A stretch of DNA of 24,000 nt from Synechococcus sp. PCC 6312 (GTDB lineage Bacteria; Cyanobacteriota; Cyanobacteriia; Thermosynechococcales; Thermosynechococcaceae): NCBI RefSeq assembly GCF_000316685.1, contig NC_019680.1, positions 2,837,407 to 2,861,406 on the forward strand, read 5' to 3'. Shown in pieces: positions 1 through 5,827 of this stretch (positions within the stretch are counted from its first letter, which is position 1; each line of letters begins with the position of its first letter). A model generated the notes under the pieces. That model ran no database searches. It saw nothing but the letters and a program-made list of their open reading frames with translations, and was not told the DNA's origin. The position numbers and the translations under genes are program-made.

Positions 1-20
1 GGGGTGTGGGCGGCATTACT
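1..20. repeat. 3' end of an M3-type GC-rich hairpin repeat, cut by the window edge
   Basis: GGGGTGTGGGCGGCATTACT matches the ends of the M3 copies at 664-690 and 810-836, including the shared ...GGCGGCATTACT boundary. Confidence 0.6.
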
Positions 21-263
21 ATTAAGAATCATTCCTATTTGCAACTATTCAGAATTTTCTCAATAGGTTTTTTGTATTTGCCTAGAAATTTTGAATTAAA
101 TGCAGGAAAAATTCTTAATAAGCTGTTGTTTTTCTGTTACGAGGACTAGTCTTTATAGGTCTCACCCCTAGAACAGAATTATTGCAACTATAGCATAGTT
201 ACTGTCCATCTTTTTCCTGTATTTTAATTTCGATTTGTTTCCTGGTAGGTACTTTCCCCTGTC

Positions 264-500
264 TTACCCTTGCTTGACATGGCCTGGTTTCCAGCATTCG
301 CCTTCTGTGACGCAGTATTTTTGTCCTTCGGATTCTATCCAGATCAGGTCATTTTTGACTTTTGTAATTTCTCCGGTAACTATCTTTGTTCCGGTGATTT
401 TGTGCCAACCGTCTTTTACTGATTCGCTTGGAACTTCTGCTGATACGATTTCGCCAACTTCCATATTTTTTCCTTTAACTCCACTCTGGCTGAAAGACAT
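264..500 (-). CDS. Small hypothetical protein (78 aa; 66 aa if started at the ATG at 464)
   Basis: ORF track. The internal ATG at 464 is preceded by AAAGGA (SD-like) at about 7 nt; the ATG at 500 has no SD. No family recognised. Confidence 0.6.
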   Translation of the reverse strand: MSFSQSGVKGKNMEVGEIVSAEVPSESVKDGWHKITGTKIVTGEITKVKNDLIWIESEGQKYCVTEGECWKPGHVKQG

Positions 501-512
501 TATCTGTTTTTT

Positions 513-836
513 GGAGTGAGGGATGAGCGCAGCGAGGCCTGAACGGATTTATCGAAGCGCGAGCATAGCGAAGCCTGAGTCTGGCGGGAATGAGGGATGA
601 GCGTAGCGAGGCATGAATGGGAGCATGGCCGGAATGGGAGCCGAAGGCGGGAATGGAGAGGGGTGGGTGCCGGGGCGTGGGCGGCATTGATGGGAGTGAG
701 GGATGAGCGACAGCGAGGCCTGAACGGATTATCGAAGCGCGAGCATAGCGAAGCCTGAGTCTGGCGGGAATGAGGGATGAGCGTAGCGAGGCATGAATGG
801 GGAGAGGGGCGGGTGCCGGGGCGTGGGCGGCATTAC
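513..836. repeat. Tandem duplication (period about 180 bp) of a G/A-rich element (M5); each copy ends in an M3 hairpin
   Basis: GGAGTGAGGGATGAGCG...GGCGGGAATGAGGGATGAGCGTAGCGAGGCATGAATGG occurs at 513 and again at 693. Copy 1 carries about 37 extra nt (about 625-660) made of two more GAGC..GGAATGG subunits. Both copies end in GGGTGCCGGGGCGTGGGCGGCATT. Confidence 0.9.
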
Positions 837-1006
837 TTTCTTTTCTGATTCGATGCTTAATTATCCCTGGCCTGGAAGTTGTCGAGCGAGCGTAGCGAAG
901 TGAGGGGGGGGCGCAGGGGGTACTCCCCCCGATTTTCCATGTCTGTCATCCCAACGAGTCCCTGGCCTGGAACAGATGTGTTGTTCTAGGGGTGGATGAT
1001 TGCCAT

Positions 1007-1030
1007 AAAAAAAACCAGTCTTTCGACTGG
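1007..1030 (-). terminator. Intrinsic terminator (minus strand)
   Basis: Hairpin CCAGTC-TTTC-GACTGG (1015-1030), preceded on the plus strand by an A8 run, which is a U-run after the hairpin on the minus strand. Confidence 0.7.
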
Positions 1031-1040
1031 CTGTTGGTTG

Positions 1041-1160
1041 TTATTGGCGTGTTTCGCACTCTGAGTCTGTGAGACAGTCTGCTGTGAACAGAGGCATTGG
1101 CCCGCCGAGTGAGTGAATGCAAAGAGCTATGAATAGGAGGGTGAGATATTGCTTGAGCAT
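1041..1160 (-). CDS. Candidate 39-aa small secreted/membrane peptide (below the ORF-track cutoff)
   Basis: Hand translation: MLKQYLTLLFIALCIHSLGGPMPLFTADCLTDSECETRQ*. It has a hydrophobic N-terminus. It sits between an M1 element and a terminator, exactly like the other cassettes, and it has the same leader (ACGGCGTAGTGTTTGG) seen upstream of the 5391 and 3985 starts. Confidence 0.4.
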   Translation of the reverse strand: MLKQYLTLLFIALCIHSLGGPMPLFTADCLTDSECETRQ

Positions 1161-1174
1161 TTTGGCTACCAAAC

Positions 1175-1398
1175 ACTACGCCGTAGTTAGACACCCCAAC
1201 GGAACGCCGTTAGACCGTGTTATCGCTCCCCGACCTTGGGAGGGGCTGACGACCAGGGGGAGGAAGGGAAGCGATTAGATGGACTTACGGTGCAGCCATA
1301 GCTGAGGGCTTGCCCCTTGAAGTGGGGTGTATCATCCTACGGAGTGTTTCGGTGCGGTCGTTATTGGGACGGGTGGGGTGCCGGGGCCAGGGCGGCGT
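1175..1398. repeat. Structured repeat block A: M1 (about 1175-1335) + M3 hairpin (1371-1398)
   Basis: Outer helix ACACCCC (1191-1197) / GGGGTGT (1324-1330). Conserved junctions CGGAAC and CTTGAAG. The M3 hairpin is GTGCCG-GGGCCAGGG-CGGCGT. Confidence 0.8.
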
Positions 1399-1417
1399 TT
1401 TCATGGCCTGGAGACAA

Positions 1418-1446
1418 TAAAAAAAGCCCCAGATTTCTCCAGGGCT
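1418..1446 (-). terminator. Intrinsic terminator (minus strand) after the 1455-1664 gene
   Basis: AGCCC...GGGCT stem with an A-run on the plus strand (U-run on minus), followed on minus by ATTGTCTCC, a variant of the junction motif. Confidence 0.55.
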
Positions 1447-1454
1447 GTTTGAAT

Positions 1455-1664
1455 TTATGCGTCATGGATTAAAACGATTGATTCTGTGATTTGTTCTGCC
1501 AGATACCCTCGCCGCCGAAGAAACTTAGCGAATGCTTCTGTTTCCTCAGGGTCGCAGTAATAGGCTTCGCAACCGTATTTCTCCGAGTAGAAAGGCTTAA
1601 AGATCGGATTTTTGCTTTCAGAACGGAGAGCTTCAGTCGTGTCCATAAAAGAAACCTCATACAC
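1455..1664 (-). CDS. Small hypothetical protein (69 aa from GTG 1664; 63 aa from ATG 1646)
   Basis: ORF track. Protein-like composition (…KPFYSEKYGCEAYYCDPEETEAFAKFLRRRGYLAEQI…). Terminator immediately downstream and an M1 element immediately upstream. Confidence 0.65.
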   Translation of the reverse strand: MYEVSFMDTTEALRSESKNPIFKPFYSEKYGCEAYYCDPEETEAFAKFLRRRGYLAEQITESIVLIHDA

Positions 1665-1677
1665 ATTACTCTTTTTT

Positions 1678-1988
1678 GGAGAGCAGCCACGGAATGCACT
1701 TAGGGAGACTTGCCGCCGAGAGATTCAGGGATTAGTGAAGGGGTGTTCTGGCGGCTTAGTCGAACTTAGTGGACAGCGGAAGCTGAGGGCTTGTCCCTTG
1801 AAGTGAGATGCTACCTTGGCGAATCATGTGTGCGGGGGGCAGGGGGTGGCGAATCCCCTTAGCACAACTGGAGCAGCCCCTTGGGGGGCGAATAGCGAGG
1901 GGGGACAAAAGCCCGTCCGATTAGGACGGTTCAGTTCTGACATCGTGGACGGTGGCAGCGGGTGGGGTGCCGGGGTGTGGGCGGCATT
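1678..1988. repeat. Structured repeat block B: M1 (about 1678-1818) + M2 (about 1830-1955) + M3 (1959-1988)
   Basis: M2 (…CAGGGGG…CCCCTTAGCACAACTGGAGCAGCCCCTTGGGGGGCGAATAGCGAGGGGGG…AGCCCGTCCGATTAGGACGGTTCAGTTCTGACA) is near-identical to 4190-4322 and 5565-5668. The M3 consensus is GGGTGGGGTGCCGGGGTGTGGGCGGCAT. Confidence 0.85.
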
Positions 1989-2144
1989 TATGTCCTGAGT
2001 AAGAGAGTGTGGGTCATGGTCTGAGTAGTTGCATCGGAAGGAACTGCATATCCATTTTTGTTCTGTCCCGATTGGCATCACGGCACAGCCGCAGAGTGGG
2101 CAGTTCTTGAATTTGTCCAGGTTTTCTAACTTCTTTTTTTTCAT
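1824..2144 (-). CDS. Small zinc-ribbon-like protein whose ORF runs on into repeat block B
   Basis: N-terminal MKKKKLENLDKFKNCPLCGC…CSSFRC gives a CxxC…CxxxxC arrangement. From about residue 50 the reading frame is the reverse complement of M3/M2 (…AAHTPAPHPLPP…), so the true C-terminus is uncertain. Confidence 0.55.
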   Translation of the reverse strand: MKKKKLENLDKFKNCPLCGCAVMPIGTEQKWICSSFRCNYSDHDPHSLTQDINAAHTPAPHPLPPSTMSELNRPNRTGFCPPSLFAPQGAAPVVLRGFATPCPPHT

Positions 2145-2195
2145 TCTTCTTGTTTTGCTATAACAACACTTTTTCTGAAGGACTTTTTTATTTTG

Positions 2196-2292
2196 GGTAG
2201 GAAAGGGAGTTTGAGGGAAGGGAACAGGCCCTCATTGGTGGGTGGGGTGCCGGGGTTGCAAACGAGAGAAGGAGTGCAGCAAGGGCGGCATT
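2196..2292. repeat. M2b + M3 (loop-expanded variant)
   Basis: TAGGAAAGGGAGTTTGAGGGAAGGGAACAGGCCC…TGGTGGGTGGGGTGCCGGGG parallels 3396-3450. The GTGCCG/CGGCAT stem encloses an inner hairpin TTGCA…TGCAG. Confidence 0.75.
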
Positions 2293-2370
2293 CGGGAGAG
2301 AGAGAATTGAACGCACTTGTGTTGGCGAAGTCGAATATCTTGGCCTGTGGTACCAATAATTTCTTTTTGT

Positions 2371-2571
2371 TTATTCAGATTCAACATCGAAATAGGGTTC
2401 ACATCCGGCAGCAATTAAGACTTGATTACCTACCCTGGACATTGACTTGCTTCTAGGGCTATTTGTTATCCCCCATGCCTTAGCACAATCAGCAATGTCA
2501 TCAAATGTTATTCCTCCACCTCCTTCTGATTCCCAGAGTTTCTTGAAGGTATTTTTTGTGTAAACTGTCAT
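2371..2571 (-). CDS. Small hypothetical protein (66 aa)
   Basis: ORF track. Its start overlaps the stop of the upstream 34-aa ORF (TCATGA), which suggests translational coupling. Confidence 0.6.
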   Translation of the reverse strand: MTVYTKNTFKKLWESEGGGGITFDDIADCAKAWGITNSPRSKSMSRVGNQVLIAAGCEPYFDVESE

Positions 2572-2672
2572 GATGTTTTTCCTCTAATGGATTGGTTGTC
2601 TTCGTAGTTGTGATAGTTATCAGCGTAATAGTCGCCTTCATCCCAAGCGGGTTGATTGGGCTGTTCGTCCAT
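2568..2672 (-). CDS. Candidate 34-aa acidic peptide (below the ORF-track cutoff)
   Basis: Hand translation: MDEQPNQPAWDEGDYYADNYHNYEDNQSIRGKTS*. AAAGGA SD 8 nt upstream. The stop overlaps the next start, and the GTCCTGCGG junction motif lies upstream. Confidence 0.4.
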   Translation of the reverse strand: MDEQPNQPAWDEGDYYADNYHNYEDNQSIRGKTS

Positions 2673-2737
2673 TATTTTTATCCTTTAGCGACACTATTCC
2701 GCAGGACATTTTGATTTCCTTGACCTGGGAAGGGGAC

Positions 2738-3106
2738 TTAGACCCGCACAACCCGAACTGGCTTGCCAGCCGCCTGAGCCTCGCTGACCATATTGGCTGT
2801 GCCACGGCTCACGCCGTCCCAGAACACAACGGCTGCGTCACACGCCTGAGCCATGCTCCGGTTCCGAACCGGCCCAGCCGAGCGACCGAAAGCAGCCCAC
2901 TCAGCCGGGAACCGCTCAACCGCAAAACCACGCTCTTGAGCGTAACGCTCGCCAAGTGCATCTGCGCCACGACAGGCACCGGAAAGCACAACCACCTCAA
3001 AGCCCTGAGCCAACTTGTTGGCAAGCAAGGCATCGAGCCGCTCACAGAGCAAACCAAAATCACTGAACTGCCGAGAGCCAGCGATAACGACACGAAAGGG
3101 AGCCAT
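2738..3106 (-). CDS. SLOG-superfamily / DUF2493-like Rossmann-fold protein (122 aa)
   Basis: VVIAGSRQF…VVLSGACRGADALGERYAQE…PAEW…GRSAGPVRNRSMA…AVVFWDGVSRGT resembles the DUF2493/YspA-type SLOG pattern recalled from plasmid and phage proteins. Strong SD GGAGG upstream. Confidence 0.8.
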   Translation of the reverse strand: MAPFRVVIAGSRQFSDFGLLCERLDALLANKLAQGFEVVVLSGACRGADALGERYAQERGFAVERFPAEWAAFGRSAGPVRNRSMAQACDAAVVFWDGVSRGTANMVSEAQAAGKPVRVVRV

Positions 3107-3139
3107 GCGACCTCCAAAGAAAAAAAGAACAGCGTCTCT

Positions 3140-3660
3140 TTGACGACCCCCGGAACGCCGTTACCAAAACTTACCGCTCCCCGACCGACCCTGGAGGGAG
3201 GGGCTGAAGGTGCTTGCACCGTAAGGAAAGCGGCTAGTTTTGGTTACGGGGCAGTGCCATGCACTGAGGCTTTACGCCTTGAAGTGGGGTCGTATCCTGG
3301 AGGCTGCTGAGGTTCCCCTCCTGGGAGGGGTTAGGGGTGGGAGCGTGAACGGAGGTGAACACCACTTCACGGGGGTGCGGGGGGGCCTCCCCGCTATAGG
3401 AAAGGGGGTTTGGGGGAACGGAACGGGCCCCCAATGGGTGGGGTGCCGGGGCTGCGGCGATAAGGCTTTTGGTTTGTGAGAGAGGTTTATTCCGCAGGGG
3501 CGGCATTTGAGAGGGTTTGGGATAGGTTGCACTGGCCTGGGAAAGGCGGCCGGAAACGGCGACAGATTTTGATTTGGTGGGTAATGTTTATTCCGTTTCC
3601 GGCCGCCCGTTAATCTTGGCGTAGTCTGATAGGGGAACGGTACGGTGAGGTTTTGTAATT
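3140..3660. repeat. Structured repeat block C: M1 (3140-3295) + unique G-rich hairpins + M2b (3396-3436) + M3 long form (3436-3506) + M4 (3545-3607)
   Basis: M1 outer helix ACGACCCC (3142-3149) / GGGGTCGT (3285-3292). M4 is a 15-bp perfect inverted repeat, GGCGGCCGGAAACGG (3545-3559) / CCGTTTCCGGCCGCC (3593-3607). The segment 3436-3672 is about 95% identical to 4346-4583. Confidence 0.85.
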
Positions 3661-3663
3661 CAC

Positions 3664-3688
3664 AAAAAAAAGCCAGCCGAAGCTGGCC
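3664..3688 (-). terminator. Intrinsic terminator (minus strand) of the 3695-3985 gene
   Basis: GCCAGC-CGAA-GCTGGC hairpin with a preceding A8 on plus (U8 after the hairpin on minus). Confidence 0.8.
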
Positions 3689-3694
3689 TATTCG

Positions 3695-3985
3695 TTACCG
3701 TTGTTGCTGCTGTTCTACTTTTTGATTTTCTTGAATATTTTCTGTAATTGCCACAAAACCGCAGCTAATTGTTAGAACTAGAACTGGCCAAACCATTTTT
3801 TCTACTGTTTTGGCGTAGCTGTATCGCCTAGCCTTAAAATTTTTGCCCATTTCTACTTTTAATCTAACTTTTCTAAATTTACGATCTAATTCATTCCATT
3901 CTTTAACTAGACCGTTCCAACTGAAATCAAATACTTTAACGGTACGTTTGCCGTTTTTATCGTCACGAATCATTGCTTTACGCAT
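3695..3985 (-). CDS. Small hypothetical protein with a C-terminal TM segment (96 aa)
   Basis: ORF track. Hydrophobic stretch MVWPVLVLTISCGFVAI. Flanked by M1 upstream and a terminator downstream. Confidence 0.7.
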   Translation of the reverse strand: MRKAMIRDDKNGKRTVKVFDFSWNGLVKEWNELDRKFRKVRLKVEMGKNFKARRYSYAKTVEKMVWPVLVLTISCGFVAITENIQENQKVEQQQQR

Positions 3986-4002
3986 TGTAATTTACCAACA
4001 CA

Positions 4003-4575
4003 ACGGCGCTTGGATAGCACAGCACGGAACCGTCCTAGATTTTCTTATCGCTCCCCGACCCTTGGGAGGGGCTGACGTTGCTTGCAACGGAAGGAAAGCG
4101 ATTAGAAAATGTTGGTCGGCACTGCCCTAGCAGTGAGGGAGGGTGAGCCTCGAACCCGACCTTGAAGGCTGTGCTACCTTGCAAAAGCCTGTGTCGGGGG
4201 GGCAGGGGGAAGTCACCCCCTTAGCACAACTGGAGCAGCCCCTTGGGGGGCGAATAGCGAGGGGGGAGAAAAGCCCGTCCGTTAGCGTTAGCGTGCCGTA
4301 AGGCAATTAGGACGATTCAGTTCTGACACTGTGGGCAGTGGCAGCGGGTGGGGTGCCGGGGCTGCGGCGATAAGGCTTGTGGTTTGCGAGAGATGTTTAT
4401 TCCGCAGGGGCGGCATTTGAGAGGGTTTGGGATAGGTTGCACTGGCCTGGGAAAGGCGGCCGGAAACGGCGACAGATTTTGATTTAGCGGGTAATGTTTA
4501 TTCCGTTTCCGGCCGCCCGTTAATCTTGGCGTAGTCTGGCACGGGAATGGGACGTTGTGAGGTTTTGCAACTCAC
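4003..4575. repeat. Structured repeat block D: M1 (4003-4185) + M2 (4190-4322) + M3 long form (4346-4417) + M4 (4455-4517)
   Basis: M1 outer helix TAGCACAGC (4015-4023) / GCTGTGCTA (4168-4176). M1+M2 are near-identical to block E except for a swapped apical hairpin. M3+M4 are near-identical to block C. Confidence 0.85.
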
Positions 4576-4603
4576 AAAAAAAAGACCGGCCTTTCGGCCA
4601 GTC
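4576..4603 (-). terminator. Intrinsic terminator (minus strand) of the 4612-4773 ORF
   Basis: GACCGGCC-TTTC-GGCCAGTC hairpin (one mismatch) preceded on plus by A8. Confidence 0.75.
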
Positions 4604-4611
4604 CCTTTTCT

Positions 4612-4773
4612 TTAGTCTTGACTTATAGACTTAGCCTCTTCTTTAGTTAGATAGATTCCGAAGTCTCCTTCTACTTCGACCCAGACTCCACCTTCTTCTA
4701 AAGCCGCCGCCTCGTCTTTGGTTAGATAGATTCCGAAATATTCATCTATCTGAAACCATTCTGTATATGCCAT
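4612..4773 (-). CDS. Candidate 53-aa acidic protein with an internal duplicated motif (below the ORF-track cutoff)
   Basis: Hand translation: MAYTEWFQIDEYFGIYLTKDEAAALEEGGVWVEVEGDFGIYLTKEEAKSISQD*. The motif (Y/D)FGIYLTK(D/E)EA occurs twice. A terminator follows directly. Confidence 0.5.
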   Translation of the reverse strand: MAYTEWFQIDEYFGIYLTKDEAAALEEGGVWVEVEGDFGIYLTKEEAKSISQD

Positions 4774-4779
4774 CTGGTA

Positions 4780-4990
4780 TTACCAAACTCTACGCCGGGG
4801 TCCTACAGGGGAGCCGACTGGTCAAGGGGTAAAGTGGAGGGCTGCGGAATAAATTTGATGTTACTAAGACTTGCCGCCCCTGTCTCCGCTTATTGCAGAT
4901 CACTCTTTGTTCTCAGGCGGCTTAGTCGCAGTTAATCAAGTTTTATGCCGTAAAGCCTGGAACGTACCTTGACCACCCTCCATCACAACG
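4780..4990. repeat. Divergent M1-like structured leader (block F)
   Basis: Shares the leader ACCAAACTCTACGCC with block A, and the helix GACTTGCCGCC…GGCGGCTTAGTCG with M1 of block B. Also contains GGTCAAGG/CCTTGACC and TGGAGGG/CCCTCCA complementarities in crossing order. Confidence 0.45.
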
Positions 4991-5187
4991 AAGGATATTT
5001 ATATTCCCTGTATAATAGAAAGGCAGAGTTGCCACCCAACGCGAACAACCACCCATCCGGCGACCCTTTACTGTACTTAGCGAAAAATGTTTAGAAAGGT
5101 AATTTCTTTGGGCGGGCCTGGGAGAACGAAACAGACGTTCACCCTTACATATCTTCCCTATTTGATATGCCGAAGTCGGAAGAGGAT

Positions 5188-5212
5188 AAAAAAACGGGCG
5201 GCAGAGCCGCCC
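5188..5212 (-). terminator. Intrinsic terminator (minus strand) of the 5221-5391 gene
   Basis: GGGCGGC-AGA-GCCGCCC hairpin preceded on plus by A7 (U-run on minus). Confidence 0.8.
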
Positions 5213-5220
5213 CATATTTT

Positions 5221-5391
5221 TTAGCATTTATATTTAATACTAAAATCATCATCCTCCTCTTCAACTTTCATATAATCAACAAACTCTTTATTCTTCATTA
5301 CTTTCTTTACAAACTTATTTACCTCTTTCAAACTAAACAAATATCCACACTCTTTCTCAAACAACTTAAACTTCACTTCATAATAAAACAT
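5221..5391 (-). CDS. Small AT-rich hypothetical protein (56 aa from ATG 5391; the ORF track extends to 5427)
   Basis: ORF track. The M1 repeat starts at 5410, and the conserved leader ends about 18 nt before ATG 5391, which matches the spacing at the 3985 start. I therefore prefer the internal start (MFYYEVKFKLFEKE…). Confidence 0.6.
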   Translation of the reverse strand: MFYYEVKFKLFEKECGYLFSLKEVNKFVKKVMKNKEFVDYMKVEEEDDDFSIKYKC

Positions 5392-5409
5392 ACAAACAAC
5401 CAAAACACT

Positions 5410-5745
5410 ACGGCGCTTGGATAGCACAGCACGGAACCGTCCTAGATTTTCTTAGCGGCTGGCTTGCCAGACGGTTAGAAAATGTTGGTCGGCACTGCCC
5501 TAGCAGTGAGGGAGGGTGAGCCTCGAACCCGACCTTGAAGGCTGTGCTACCTTGCAAAAGCCCGTGTCGGGGGGGCAGGGGGAAGTCACCCCCTTAGCAC
5601 AACTGGAGCAGCCCCTTGGGGGGCGAATAGCGAGGGGGGGAAAAAGCCCGTCCGATTAGGACGGTTCATTGGGGGGGGTTGGGGGGGGAACGCCCCCCTA
5701 ATCTGGTATGCAGAACAAAGTGACGCTACCAGATTAGGTCTGAAA
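5410..5745. repeat. Structured repeat block E: M1 (5410-5560) + M2 (5565-5668) + G/C homopolymer hairpin + 12-bp inverted repeat (about 5698-5740)
   Basis: Outer helix 5422-5430 / 5541-5549. The apical hairpin is replaced by GGCTGG-CTTG-CCAGAC. The inverted repeat is CCTAATCTGGTA…TACCAGATTAGG (12 bp perfect). Confidence 0.85.
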
Positions 5746-5827
5746 CTTCGGCATAGGAAAATAGCGAGAGAGCCAGTCGTGCCTTATTAAAATCCACGAA
5801 TTCTGTAAGTCTTACTGGTTGCTTGTT

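Noticed and set aside
475-687. 70-aa minus-strand ORF over the M5/M3 repeat; similar ORFs at 946-1194, 1816-1998, 3234-3506, 3240-3479 and 3272-3532
   Set aside because: They lie wholly inside the GC-rich repeats and have low-complexity Pro/Arg/Gly/Ser composition. They overlap each other in several frames, and 946-1194 crosses a terminator. These are repeat-translation artefacts.
2711-3310. 199-aa plus-strand ORF (also 2809-3219 minus)
   Set aside because: It is antisense to, or out of frame with, the well-supported SLOG/DUF2493-like gene. It runs into repeat block C, starts at TTG, and has no family signal.
1-5750. Could the regularly recurring repeats be a CRISPR array?
   Set aside because: The repeats are 30-600 bp, non-identical, modular and irregularly spaced. 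The 'spacers' are ORFs with SDs and terminators. No cas genes are present.
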